Counted from the first letter of the stretch, positions 8,495 through 18,577 are shown. The stretch: 36,387 nucleotides of DNA from Candidatus Hermodarchaeota archaeon (GCA_016840065.1 JAEOTB010000042.1:1-36387), one strand, 5' to 3'. Numbers and translations are program-made. Notes: generated from the letters alone by a model not told the origin.

Positions 8495-9565
8495 ATGACG
8501 TCAGAAAGTGAGGATGCAACTCACAGGATGCAACTCCCTGGTCAGGTTTTGATAGGACCAGGAGTAGTTCACCAACTGGGTGAAGTCTGCCGGACTTTAA
8601 CCTCATCTCCAAGAGCAGTCCTGATCTCTGACAAATCAGTAATGAAGATTATAGGGAACGCTGCAGTCGCATCGATTCAAAAGTCAAAGATAGATGTCGA
8701 GTTATTACTGATTAAGAGAGCTACAAGAGAATCTGTTGAGAAGGCACGCCAGATTATTAAAAAACAGAAAGCAGGGCTTGTAGTGGGATGCGGTGGCGGC
8801 TCAGTAATCGATGTCGCGAAGCTCAGCTCAGCAAGAAAAAGACAACCCTTCATCAGCGTACCTACTGTAGCTAGTCATGATGGACTCTCCAGCCCAAGAG
8901 CCTCCATCAAGCAAGGAGGAACCAGCGTCTCCATCGACGGGCAGTCCCCCATCGCCATTGTAGCAGACACCCGAGTGGTGGCACAGGCACCCTTCCGATT
9001 CACCGCAGCTGGGTGCGGGGACCTAATCTCCAACATCGTTGCAGTCCGGGACTGGAAGCTAGCCCATACTCTAGGATACGAATATTATGGGGAGTATGCT
9101 GCCTCCCTGTCTCTAATGTCGGCTCAGATAATAATGGAAAGAGCCCAAACAATCAAACCCAAGGATGAACAAGGAGCCCGAGTCGTGCTGGAAGCCCTCA
9201 TCGCTAGCGGTATCGCCATGGGCATCGCAGGGTCCAGCAGACCAGCCAGCGGCTCCGGACATAAATTTAGTCATGCCCTTGACCAGATTGCACCGAAACC
9301 AGCCCTCCACGGTGAACAATGCGGCGTTGGCGCAATAATGATGGCATACCTCCACGGAATCGAGTGGGATAACCTAAAACACGCCCTAGCAACAATAGGC
9401 GCTCCAACCACCGCTAAACAACTAGGCCTCAAACGCAAACACATCATCGAGGCGTTAAAAGAAGCTCATAAGATTAATCCCAAACGATATACTATCCTCG
9501 GTGACCGAGGTTTAACAGAAGCCGGGGCTGAACGACTCGCCAGAATAACAGGAGTCATCGACTAG
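8495..9565 (+). CDS. egsA: sn-glycerol-1-phosphate dehydrogenase (archaeal ether lipid backbone)
   Basis: GCGGGSVIDVAK, SVPTVASHDGLSSP, AGCGDLISNIVAVRDW, SSRPASGSGHKFSHALD, LHGEQCG, RYTILG. Confidence 0.95.
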   Translation: MTSESEDATHRMQLPGQVLIGPGVVHQLGEVCRTLTSSPRAVLISDKSVMKIIGNAAVASIQKSKIDVELLLIKRATRESVEKARQIIKKQKAGLVVGCGGGSVIDVAKLSSARKRQPFISVPTVASHDGLSSPRASIKQGGTSVSIDGQSPIAIVADTRVVAQAPFRFTAAGCGDLISNIVAVRDWKLAHTLGYEYYGEYAASLSLMSAQIIMERAQTIKPKDEQGARVVLEALIASGIAMGIAGSSRPASGSGHKFSHALDQIAPKPALHGEQCGVGAIMMAYLHGIEWDNLKHALATIGAPTTAKQLGLKRKHIIEALKEAHKINPKRYTILGDRGLTEAGAERLARITGVID

Positions 9566-9665
9566 AAACATCAATTACTACTTTCTCAACCTGTCGAGAA
9601 AGTAATTTTGATATACGCTAACCTTAAAGCACCAGTCTTAGATAATATCTGTTAGGTGTTCAGCT

Positions 9666-10736
9666 CTGTTTCACCAAATCTATATCATCAGCAAGAACGG
9701 TCCACTCCTCTTTGAGCGCACCTTCATAAAGGGCCGGACCTCCGCCGACCCAGATCTTTCCTCCGGACTCATCACAGCACTATATCATTTCACGAAGGAC
9801 ACCATGGAAGAAATGATTAGCACCGTCGGGATGGAGGACGTCAAGCTGATCTTTGAGGAGAGCGAGACGATTATTTTCGCAGCCACCGTTGATACGCGTC
9901 TACCTGACAGTGACGCGATGGCTGTGATGGCCCGTGTTCGCGACTACTGGATCCTGCACTATGGCGAACACAAGGACGGGGCTGTGGACCGGACTAGATA
10001 TATGAGCTTCGGAATGGATGTCGAGCGAATCATTGTTGATAATTTATGGTGGCTCGGTGAGGGGAGGAAATTCAGTCTTCCAAACCAAGTACGCTACCTT
10101 AAGGAGACCATCTCGAGGCCCAGCCGCTGTGTGGGTGCCAGATACCTTGGTTGGAGCTATATCTTGACACCAATCCTCATTTCAATTGCGACCCTCCTTG
10201 TATCTTATTATTTGGGTGGTCAAGTCATCGGATGGACATTCAACTTCATCGACATACCAATGCTTGGGCATCTTATCGCTATGGGCTTCAATATCTTCTC
10301 GACATGGCTGATAATGCCCGTCATGACTGCCGCTATAAACGGTAGGATGGGAACCTTGCGAGAAGTTATCACATCTTCTGGATATGCGATGATATTTCAG
10401 CTAGGACTATTCTTGGTCGCTTCACGCGGATGGTTGACCCTGTTCCTAAACCCCATAACCGCAGGCGCGTTCTCAACATTGACAGCAGCACAAAAGATTG
10501 ATACCCTCAACAGCGTCGGGTTAATTGCTGCGGCGATTTGGCAGCTCCCGGCTACCGTCCTCTTGTTCGCATGGTTAGTTCTCTACGCGTATATCACATT
10601 CAATATCCAGCGGCCTAAGCCCCTCAATCATGTATTGGCTGTAGGTATTTCCTTTGTCTTCCTTAATTTGGTCCAATCAGTCATCTACTGGTTCTTCCTG
10701 GGTGTATTCCCGCCTTCAGTGATCTATGGTCCCTGA
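9666..10736 (+). CDS. Longin-like domain fused to a 5-TM Yip1-like domain
   Basis: Frame is open from 9642. CTG at 9666 (after AGGTG) adds LFHQIYIISKNGPLLFERTF...DPDLSSGLITALYHFTKDT upstream of the tracked ORF (9804), completing a longin-type beta-beta-alpha-beta-beta-beta-alpha pattern. The C-terminal half has 5 hydrophobic helices with Yip1-like LKETISRP and NGRMGTLREVITSSGYAMIF. Confidence 0.7.
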   Translation: MFHQIYIISKNGPLLFERTFIKGRTSADPDLSSGLITALYHFTKDTMEEMISTVGMEDVKLIFEESETIIFAATVDTRLPDSDAMAVMARVRDYWILHYGEHKDGAVDRTRYMSFGMDVERIIVDNLWWLGEGRKFSLPNQVRYLKETISRPSRCVGARYLGWSYILTPILISIATLLVSYYLGGQVIGWTFNFIDIPMLGHLIAMGFNIFSTWLIMPVMTAAINGRMGTLREVITSSGYAMIFQLGLFLVASRGWLTLFLNPITAGAFSTLTAAQKIDTLNSVGLIAAAIWQLPATVLLFAWLVLYAYITFNIQRPKPLNHVLAVGISFVFLNLVQSVIYWFFLGVFPPSVIYGP

Positions 10737-10880
10737 TTGTTCCTAGGGTGTGGCAAGACCTCAAAAAGGTGCATCAAAGCTCAGACTCTAGCAACCAAGT
10801 TTCTAGTGGACTTTGTACCTTATTATCAAATATGAAGGTTCTGGGGAATTAATCGTCAAAGATTGCAAATAATAGAAGCA

Positions 10881-10918
10881 GAAAAAGAGGAGAGAGGGGA
10901 CCCCTGAAGGCCCCCTTT
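10881..10918 (-). terminator. Hairpin plus pyrimidine/U tract downstream of large paralog 1
   Basis: Minus strand AAAGGGGGCCTTCAGGGGTCCCCTCTCTCCTCTTTTTC. Confidence 0.6.
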
Positions 10919-10946
10919 ACCAAGGTTAGTAGTTGGATTCTTTGGG

Positions 10947-13900
10947 TTACGACTCTAGCCAGTAATCACTGACCGGGTCGGTGCTTCTCTTGCCATATTC
11001 GGAACCTCGGTTCCGGGCGTTCATCACTACCACAAGAACCAAGATGATTGCGATTGCTACAACCACTGCGTACAACACGAATATACTCGGTATAAGGATT
11101 TCAGGAGGCAGGAATCCGTCACCAGGATCGCCATCGTCGCCACCAGAAATCACCATATCCAAAGCCGTTGTATATATTCCGAAGGATGGGTCGTTGTCGA
11201 TGCTGTAGCCACCCCAATTCGGGAACGCTGAGAGCATGAAGAAGAAGGTGCTCTCCATCTCCCATTGAGATACTGAGCCGCTAGTATCTGATTGGTACAT
11301 CGCGCTGAATGCTCCCATAGGAACTGAAGCAGCGGTGCTGTTGTAAGTTCCACCGTCAAAGCCCCAGACATACTCTTGCCCACCCATTGCGACTTCTGCG
11401 AAGGTCCTGCCTTCTGCTCCAAACATGTAGACGTCGCCGATTTCTGTTTCGTCGTTGCTGCCGGATACTGGTGTGTCATCGATGGTGAATTCTGTGTAAG
11501 AGAAGGTGGATAGCTGTCCAAAGTAGGATATTGCTAGGCTACGTCCTTCAAGGACCGAGTTATCGAAGTGGTGGAGTGTCCAGTCGCCGATATATTGATC
11601 CACTTTTATTTGGATGAGGTTGTTATTGGGATCGGGGTTCTCAGGTGTATTAGCTAGAAGCATGTCGTAGTGGACGTTGAATGCCATCTCGTCGATGTTT
11701 GCTGTTGAGAGGGTATAGTCGAACATGGTTGCGTTTAGACCGAGTAGACCATCAGGTGATCCATAGTAGTCCCAGCAGCCCTTGACGCCGCTACCAAATT
11801 GTGATTGTACGGGGTAGAGTGTGCCATTGACATCATAGATACGTACACCGTATTCTATGGAGGTATTCGCAGGAACGGTGACTGAACCCGTATAACTAGT
11901 AGAGTCAAAGGGTAATGTGAATTCAACGCTGCCTATGCTGTCAATGAGGAAGAAGTGGGTGACTTCATCGCTGTCGACGAACCCGTCTGTGACTGTGAAA
12001 TCGGGAACACCGTTGCCACCGTATGTTGTGTTGTCAGTGAAGAGCAATAGTCCTGCAAATTCTGACCGGAAGTTCGCCCAAGTCGTTGAGTTAGAGTCAG
12101 TGGCTAGCATGAAGTCCTGTTGAGTGCCAAAGCCAAACCAGGACCATTCCCAAGTATTATCTTCTAGCCACCACCAATCATCTTGGAGCTGTTCCCAACT
12201 TCGGTTGGAGGACATCCAGGCTATACAGTTGTAACCTTGTGCAGGAATCATTTCAGTTTCGTTGGTCCATAGGAGGTCCTTGATTTCTGCCATCTCGACA
12301 GCGCTGACTGAAGACATATCGCTTGCATGGTACCAGTAGAACGTTTCGTTCCAGGTGTATGTGCAGGTCTCCGTGAAGAGGCCCATCCAGTTGCCTGAGA
12401 AGAAGACTTCGCTCAGTTCCCCTAGGTGAGGTGATGGATCGAAGATGAGTTCAACCCACAGAAAGTCATGAATCCATGATCGCTCGTCATGCCAGTTGAA
12501 ATGCTGCTTTACATAGTACTGGTCATCGGTTGTCTCGGTGTCTCCGTCAAGGTCCAAGGCTCCTTCGTCGGTGACCGCCCAGATTTCAGGCGTCCATCCC
12601 ATCCAAACCTCGCCGAGGATGAGTTGAGTAGGTTGCCATCGGCATGCGTGACCTATGTTGAAATAGTCCCCGCCTTGCCTGATGTAGTCTTCCCACTCAC
12701 CAGTTTCATTGTTTTGCCACCAGCGACCTCTTTGGGCATGTAGCCAAGGCCAATATGTTGCATCTGGTGCATCGTCTAGGAACTTGGCTTGGAAGGTGAG
12801 TTGAGAGAGGTCCTCACTAACATCAAATGCGATGTTGGTAACATCCATCATGTTTGGAAGTGGGATTGGCGATGAGCTGTTCTGTTCTGTTCTCTCAATC
12901 AGTGTCCAGTTGTAGTGTTCCCAAACCTCCCAAACGATGGAGGTGAATTGCTCCTGAACGGTAAGTGTAGTTATATTGAGTAGGATTCGGATATTCACAT
13001 TCATATTGGTGCTGTGTGTCTCATTGGACTCCCAGTAATAACCCCACAAGTCGTACTCCACTAATTCTAGTGCGGTGCGTTCACGCCACCAAATTGTGGA
13101 GTTATAATCGTATCCATCATGGTCGACGAGTTCACCAGTCGCGTTTAGGACTTCAGCAGGAGCGTATACTTCTAGTGAGATGTTGAACCACTGATTCCTA
13201 TCAACGTCGGTTAGGAGTTCTCCTGTAGTTGGGTCTTGGATGAAGGCATCGACTACAAAGTCGTGTAGTGCAAGGACGAGTCCATCCTGCATCTGGAAAT
13301 CATACGTCGGATCCGCAGGGACTCCCTCGATGTCGCATGTGCCCATATCACGTGGGTTCCAGGCCCATACACGGAAAGTGACTCCATAGTCATCCTCCCA
13401 TGGATCATAGCATATTTGGTCTGTGAAGTAACCTTGCCAGCGAATGGTGGTATCGCCTACAGGACCACTTTCACTGATGTTGAGGACATAGAAATCGTTG
13501 AGTATCGAGTTATTGATGATGAATCCGGGCTCATACCGCCAGTTGCCACCACCGTGTTCCCATGTCTCCCAAGTCCAGGTTGAGTTCTCATAGTAGCAGA
13601 AAACGTCAGTGACGCCCGAACTTGCATTGTAGGTGAATCCCAGTCTTGGTGATTCCCAGGACTCCCATGAACTCCATGTAGTGTATGGGTCGCCCCAATA
13701 ATCTGGCTGGGTTCTGTTGATAATCATGGTATAGTTCGAATTCCATGTTATGTCGGTTAATGAAAAGCTGGCAAATCCGATTGATTCAGTCATGTTCATT
13801 TCGAAGATGACTTGATCGAAGGCATCAGCATAACGAATTGGCTCATGTGCTGCGTTAAAAACGCCCATTGTGTACTCGGGCCAATTTTCAGGTTCCCACA

Positions 13901-14633
13901 TCCACCATTGGTCTTCTAGAGTGCATTCTAGGGCTATCGGTGGAAGAGGGACTTCGCCAGTGTAGCCATAACTGTACCAACCAGGGTTGATGTAGTTGCT
14001 AGCGTTGTCCATACAATGAGCCCAAGTGTTATACACACCAGCTGGGGCTGTGGTGTTGAAGTTCCCTACAAAAGTTACGTTTAATATGTCAGCGTCCTCT
14101 GAGGTTCCGCAAGCCCATCTGCTGAGTTCGAAGAACTCCTTTGGATCCTTTGCGCTAATCGGATCAGATGAACCAGATGGGTCGTTTACCATCTCGTAAA
14201 CACTGCTCCAGACATGCCACTCTGCGGGGCCAGTTTCAGGCACCCAATACTCTAGATAGAGATCAGCCCACATTGTGCCATTGCCCACATTTGCACCGAT
14301 GGCAGCTTGTTCAAGGTGAGTGGTACCTTCGAAGAACCGCTTCGGAATCACTAGAGTGAATTTGAGTGTATCTCCCCAGTTCACTTGAAAGTCATTGTCT
14401 TGGATGTTGGTGTCGTTATCGTAAGTGATTACTAGTTTGAGTGTCTCGCCGAAAAGCCACTCTTGATGTGAGCTATCCCATGTATCGTTTTGTGTTTCCT
14501 GCTTCCGCTCCCACAAAACATGAACAACGGGGTCGGTTGAGAGAGAAGTTTGAGCGTAAATAGCTACGGGAGCAGTAGAGAAGAAGGTTAACACTAGTAC
14601 AGAGATTGCCAGTACACTAACAATTTTTTTCAT
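10947..14633 (-). CDS. Large secreted type I membrane-anchored (glyco)protein, paralog 1; possible cell-envelope/S-layer protein
   Basis: Signal peptide MKKIVSVLAISVLVLTFFSTAPVAIYA, acidic Trp/Tyr-rich ectodomain with >20 N-x-S/T sequons, DLDGD motif, C-terminal TM helix, short basic tail ending DYWLES. Confidence 0.85.
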   Translation of the reverse strand: MKKIVSVLAISVLVLTFFSTAPVAIYAQTSLSTDPVVHVLWERKQETQNDTWDSSHQEWLFGETLKLVITYDNDTNIQDNDFQVNWGDTLKFTLVIPKRFFEGTTHLEQAAIGANVGNGTMWADLYLEYWVPETGPAEWHVWSSVYEMVNDPSGSSDPISAKDPKEFFELSRWACGTSEDADILNVTFVGNFNTTAPAGVYNTWAHCMDNASNYINPGWYSYGYTGEVPLPPIALECTLEDQWWMWEPENWPEYTMGVFNAAHEPIRYADAFDQVIFEMNMTESIGFASFSLTDITWNSNYTMIINRTQPDYWGDPYTTWSSWESWESPRLGFTYNASSGVTDVFCYYENSTWTWETWEHGGGNWRYEPGFIINNSILNDFYVLNISESGPVGDTTIRWQGYFTDQICYDPWEDDYGVTFRVWAWNPRDMGTCDIEGVPADPTYDFQMQDGLVLALHDFVVDAFIQDPTTGELLTDVDRNQWFNISLEVYAPAEVLNATGELVDHDGYDYNSTIWWRERTALELVEYDLWGYYWESNETHSTNMNVNIRILLNITTLTVQEQFTSIVWEVWEHYNWTLIERTEQNSSSPIPLPNMMDVTNIAFDVSEDLSQLTFQAKFLDDAPDATYWPWLHAQRGRWWQNNETGEWEDYIRQGGDYFNIGHACRWQPTQLILGEVWMGWTPEIWAVTDEGALDLDGDTETTDDQYYVKQHFNWHDERSWIHDFLWVELIFDPSPHLGELSEVFFSGNWMGLFTETCTYTWNETFYWYHASDMSSVSAVEMAEIKDLLWTNETEMIPAQGYNCIAWMSSNRSWEQLQDDWWWLEDNTWEWSWFGFGTQQDFMLATDSNSTTWANFRSEFAGLLLFTDNTTYGGNGVPDFTVTDGFVDSDEVTHFFLIDSIGSVEFTLPFDSTSYTGSVTVPANTSIEYGVRIYDVNGTLYPVQSQFGSGVKGCWDYYGSPDGLLGLNATMFDYTLSTANIDEMAFNVHYDMLLANTPENPDPNNNLIQIKVDQYIGDWTLHHFDNSVLEGRSLAISYFGQLSTFSYTEFTIDDTPVSGSNDETEIGDVYMFGAEGRTFAEVAMGGQEYVWGFDGGTYNSTAASVPMGAFSAMYQSDTSGSVSQWEMESTFFFMLSAFPNWGGYSIDNDPSFGIYTTALDMVISGGDDGDPGDGFLPPEILIPSIFVLYAVVVAIAIILVLVVVMNARNRGSEYGKRSTDPVSDYWLES

Positions 14634-14727
14634 TTCTATTGTCTCCTAACAAGTATAGTCTTATACTAAACCTCCTCGAATCGCAACTTAAAAGGACGCC
14701 CGTTCAATCTCAAGCAAAGAGACATTT

Positions 14728-14744
14728 ATTGCGAAAAACCCAAT
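14728..14744. promoter_or_regulatory. Imperfect palindromic operator upstream of paralog 1
   Basis: ATTGCGAAAAACCCAAT, 95-111 bp upstream of the start; 14/17 identical to the perfect palindrome at 18668-18684. Confidence 0.55.
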
Positions 14745-14804
14745 CGGAAATGGACGCCAACGAGTCACCTTCATGAAAGCATTTCTCGATCCTCAAAGGA
14801 AGGG

Positions 14805-14845
14805 AAAATAAGAAAAAAGAGAGGGAAGGGGACCGCGTCCCCTTT
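14805..14845 (-). terminator. Hairpin plus U tract downstream of large paralog 2
   Basis: Stem AAGGGGAC/GTCCCCTT (14826-14844) followed on the minus strand by CCCTCTCTTTTTTCTTATTTT. Confidence 0.6.
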
Positions 14846-14860
14846 ATTCTCGCTGGAAGG

Positions 14861-17800
14861 CTAGTCAGTTACTTTTGGTTCGCTTTCAATCCAGTAGTCG
14901 TGCTCCGGTTCTCTTGCAGTCTTGCCTTTTGACGGTCCTCGTCGTCTGATGTTGACCATGACCACCACGGCAACGATGGCAACAATAGCAGCAAAAACTA
15001 CTATTATGACCAGCAGAGTTGGGTCAAAGCCTCCATCGCCACCTGTGACAACCATGTCGAGAGCGGTTGTGTAGATGCCAAAGGAGGGGTCATTGTCAAT
15101 GGAGTGACCATCCCAATTCAAGAAACTGCTGAGCATGAAGAATAGGGTGCCACTTATCTCCCAGCTCGCAACGGTAGTACCATCGGAGGCCTGATACATC
15201 GCGGAGAAAGCACCGAGTGGAACTGTGGCTGCAGAGCAATTGTAGATTCCTCCATCGCCACCCCAGAGGTACTCTTGCCCGCCCATCTGTATTTGTGCGA
15301 AGGTTCTACCCTCTGCACCGAAGGAATACATATCACCTATTTCGCTGTCGTCGTTGTTTGTGCCCACAGGCGTGTCATCCACACTGTATTCAGTGTAAGT
15401 CGACGTGGACAGATCGCCAAAGTACGCAATGCAAAGGCTGCGTCCTTCAAGAACCGCGTCTTCAAAGTGGTGCAAGGTCCAATCGCCAATGTATTGGTCC
15501 ACCTTGATGCTGATCAGATTGTTGTTGGGGTCAGGATTAGCTGTAGAGTTGGCAAGATGAACGTTATAGTTGACATCAAAGGCCATCTCATCGATTGTTG
15601 CAGAGGAAAGGGTGTAGTCGAAGGCTGAAGCGTTCAGCCCAGCAATACTATCGGGTGAGTTGTAGTAGTCGTAGCAGCTGTGAATTCTGGAGGAAGCAGT
15701 TGTATGGACAGGGTAGAGGGTTCCGTTAACATCGAAGATCCGGACACCAAAGTTAATATCTTGATCAAAGTCCAAGTCCACGACTAGGGTTTGTGTTCCA
15801 CTCGATTCCGTGGAGCCGAAAGGCATTGTGAACTCGATGTCATCAACATTATCGATGAGGAAGTAGTGGGTTACCTCGTCAGAGCCCACGAATCCGTCCT
15901 GAACTGTGAAATCTGGTATCCCGTTTCCGCCATCGATTGTAGTATTGTCAGTGAATAGCAGCAGTCCAGCGTATTGAGAGTGGAATCGTGCCCAACTGGT
16001 TGAATTGTTGCTGGTGGCTAATTCGAACCGTTGCATTTGTCCAAAGCCGAACCATGAGCATTCCCAGGTATTGTCTTCGAGCCACCAGTACTTGTCCTGG
16101 AGGTCGGACCAAGAATAGTTTCTCGCAAAGCATGCGACACCGTTGTAGCCTAGAGCGGGTATTTGTTCCCCAAGGTCCTGCCAGACAAGGTCTTGTATTG
16201 TAGTCATTTCGGTCGCATTTACTGGTGACATGTCATCAGCGTGGTACCAGTAGAATTTAGCATCCCAAGTGTAGGTCATGGTATCAGTTACCAGTCCCAT
16301 CCAATTCGTAGAGTTGAACTCATCGCCAACATCTTCTGGACCTGGTGTTGGATCGAAGACTATGTGAACTACTAGGGAGTCTACTTCTCGTCGGATTTCA
16401 TCATGCCATGTGGAGACTTGTTTGACGAAGTATTGGTCGTCGAGAGTTTCCAAATCGCCGTCTAGGTCTAGTGCTCCATTGTCGCTGATTGCCCACACTT
16501 CTGGAACCCAGGTGTAAACGCTGCCAAGGACAAATGTTGATGGCGTCCAGTAGGTCTTTGCGCCTAACCCGAGCCAGTAAGTGAAGTTGGCTGCGAGTTC
16601 CCAAGAACCAGTCTGGTTTGTCCATATGCTTTGGTTTTGATAGACGTCGAAGTACCCCCAGTACCTAGCCTCGGGTGCGCTGGGTAGGAACTCTACTTGC
16701 AATCCGAAGTAGGATTGGTCTTCTCCAAGTTCATAGACGACATTATTAGCATTCACCAAGTCAGGTAACCCAGAGTATGAGTCCTGAGAAGTATAGTTCA
16801 CCAATGTAGAGGAGTAGATATCGTAGGTCGCGTTCACCAAATTGCAGTATTGACCAATCACCGTCTTTGTGTCGAGATTGATGATAACCTGGATTGTGAC
16901 ACTTGTCAACCAGTTGTGCGTAGTATTGGCATGATTAGAATATCCGTAGAGAACATAGGCTGCATAGCTAGTGTTTAGGTCTTCACGGATGAAGGTGTCT
17001 GGATAGCCTAGATGTGAGGCGTTAAAGGGATCGCCTTTCTTTTCGATTCTTTCTATGGGAGCGTAGATGTCGATGGAGACATTGAACCAGTCGTTGTAGC
17101 CTAGTTGGTTGACGAATGCGTCACTGGGGTGGTCGATTAGATATCCATCGAGTATGATATCGTGGAGCGCAAGGATGGTTCCGTCTGAACGTTGGAATTC
17201 GTAGCCCGGCTCACCAGGGACACCGTCAATGTTTTGTGTGCTCCAATGGCGAGGCTGCCAAGCATATATTCGGAATGTCGTGCCGTAGTCGTCGCCCAGA
17301 TAGTTGGGATCTAATAGACCAGGAGTGGAAGTTGAGCCGCCGCCCGAGTTGTCTGTTGTGTTGGCGAGGTGTATGCCACGCGCACAGACGTTTGTTGTAA
17401 AGTTTGTATACCAACGTACTTTGTAGGGATTTACCAGGCCGCTGGTAGCAGCGTCGAAGTCGACAAAGTAAGTGATATTAGTATTATCTACATAGGGTAT
17501 GTCGTAACCTACCCATTGTCCGTAGCTACCACCATAATCCTGCCAGACCCAAGTCCGGTTGTAGTAGAAGATGAAGGCTTCTGATGTGTCGGTTGACTGA
17601 TTGTAATAGAAGCCCAAGTGAGGTGGTTGAGGTACCTCGTGGGAGGTCCATGTTGTGGTTGGGATGTGTGAATAATCTGGATAGGTCCAGGTCATATTCC
17701 TCCAGTAGGACTGCTGTTCCCAGGAGGCGACTTGTCCTATCTCAAAAGCGGCAAATCCAATTTCTTGGTCCATCACCATCTCAAAGATAACGGTTTCATT

Positions 17801-18577
17801 AGCGTCAGCATACCTGATTGTGTCTAGGGCCTCATTGAGGATACTGAAATCATATTTTGGTGGTTTTTGCCACATCCACCACTGATCTCCAAGAGCACAT
17901 TCTAGGGCAATTGGAGGCATTGGAACTTGGCCCGTCATGCCGTAGTTGTACCAGCTCGGAGTAAAGGTATTGCTGGCATTATCCGTTGCATAGGCCCAAG
18001 TTTGATAGACACCGATAGGTGCTGATGTGTTGAAGCCTCCTGTGAAACTAACATTCAGGAGATGTGAGTCAGCTGTGACGTCGCAGCTAGCAGGGTAGAT
18101 ATTGAAGAATGCTGCAGGGTCACTAGAAGAGGACGCTGTGCTGTCGTAGATACCGCTGAAAACATGCCATGTATTACTTGGAGCGTGATAAAACATGTGA
18201 AACCGTGCATGGGTTCCTTCGGTTTCAAATGATGCGCCAACTACAGCAATTTCCAGTTCTGTTGAACCTTCAAAGAAGCGCTGGGGAATCATCAATGTGA
18301 ATGTTAGGGGGCTTCCTCGACCGGCCCAGTAGTTACCCTCCTCGATATTGATTCCACTCTCGTTAATTATCACTAGCTTCATTGTTTCGCCAAAGACCCA
18401 CTTCTCATAGTTGCAATCCCAGGTGTATTCCTCTGATTCCTGTATGTGTCTCCAACCAACGTGGAGAAGAGGATTGCTTGAAGGTGCTGTGGTTTGAGCA
18501 AGAACCATTGGTGGGATTGTTGCGATACTCACTAGTAACAGTAGAGAGATACTGAGTATACTCGTTATTTTCTTCAT
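14861..18577 (-). CDS. Large secreted type I membrane-anchored (glyco)protein, paralog 2
   Basis: Aligns end to end with 10947-14633 (FGETMKLVI, PPIALEC, GALDLDGD..DDQY.VKQ, AGLLLFTDNTT, NPDPNNNLI.IKVDQYIGDWTLHHF, SIDNDPSFGIYTTALDMV); signal peptide, C-terminal TM, tail with DYWIES. Confidence 0.85.
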   Translation of the reverse strand: MKKITSILSISLLLLVSIATIPPMVLAQTTAPSSNPLLHVGWRHIQESEEYTWDCNYEKWVFGETMKLVIINESGINIEEGNYWAGRGSPLTFTLMIPQRFFEGSTELEIAVVGASFETEGTHARFHMFYHAPSNTWHVFSGIYDSTASSSSDPAAFFNIYPASCDVTADSHLLNVSFTGGFNTSAPIGVYQTWAYATDNASNTFTPSWYNYGMTGQVPMPPIALECALGDQWWMWQKPPKYDFSILNEALDTIRYADANETVIFEMVMDQEIGFAAFEIGQVASWEQQSYWRNMTWTYPDYSHIPTTTWTSHEVPQPPHLGFYYNQSTDTSEAFIFYYNRTWVWQDYGGSYGQWVGYDIPYVDNTNITYFVDFDAATSGLVNPYKVRWYTNFTTNVCARGIHLANTTDNSGGGSTSTPGLLDPNYLGDDYGTTFRIYAWQPRHWSTQNIDGVPGEPGYEFQRSDGTILALHDIILDGYLIDHPSDAFVNQLGYNDWFNVSIDIYAPIERIEKKGDPFNASHLGYPDTFIREDLNTSYAAYVLYGYSNHANTTHNWLTSVTIQVIINLDTKTVIGQYCNLVNATYDIYSSTLVNYTSQDSYSGLPDLVNANNVVYELGEDQSYFGLQVEFLPSAPEARYWGYFDVYQNQSIWTNQTGSWELAANFTYWLGLGAKTYWTPSTFVLGSVYTWVPEVWAISDNGALDLDGDLETLDDQYFVKQVSTWHDEIRREVDSLVVHIVFDPTPGPEDVGDEFNSTNWMGLVTDTMTYTWDAKFYWYHADDMSPVNATEMTTIQDLVWQDLGEQIPALGYNGVACFARNYSWSDLQDKYWWLEDNTWECSWFGFGQMQRFELATSNNSTSWARFHSQYAGLLLFTDNTTIDGGNGIPDFTVQDGFVGSDEVTHYFLIDNVDDIEFTMPFGSTESSGTQTLVVDLDFDQDINFGVRIFDVNGTLYPVHTTASSRIHSCYDYYNSPDSIAGLNASAFDYTLSSATIDEMAFDVNYNVHLANSTANPDPNNNLISIKVDQYIGDWTLHHFEDAVLEGRSLCIAYFGDLSTSTYTEYSVDDTPVGTNNDDSEIGDMYSFGAEGRTFAQIQMGGQEYLWGGDGGIYNCSAATVPLGAFSAMYQASDGTTVASWEISGTLFFMLSSFLNWDGHSIDNDPSFGIYTTALDMVVTGGDGGFDPTLLVIIVVFAAIVAIVAVVVMVNIRRRGPSKGKTAREPEHDYWIESEPKVTD

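Noticed and set aside
10947-18577. Diversity-generating retroelement or cassette switching between the surface paralogs
   Set aside because: No reverse transcriptase, recombinase or near-identical TR/VR pair; the divergence looks old and spread throughout.
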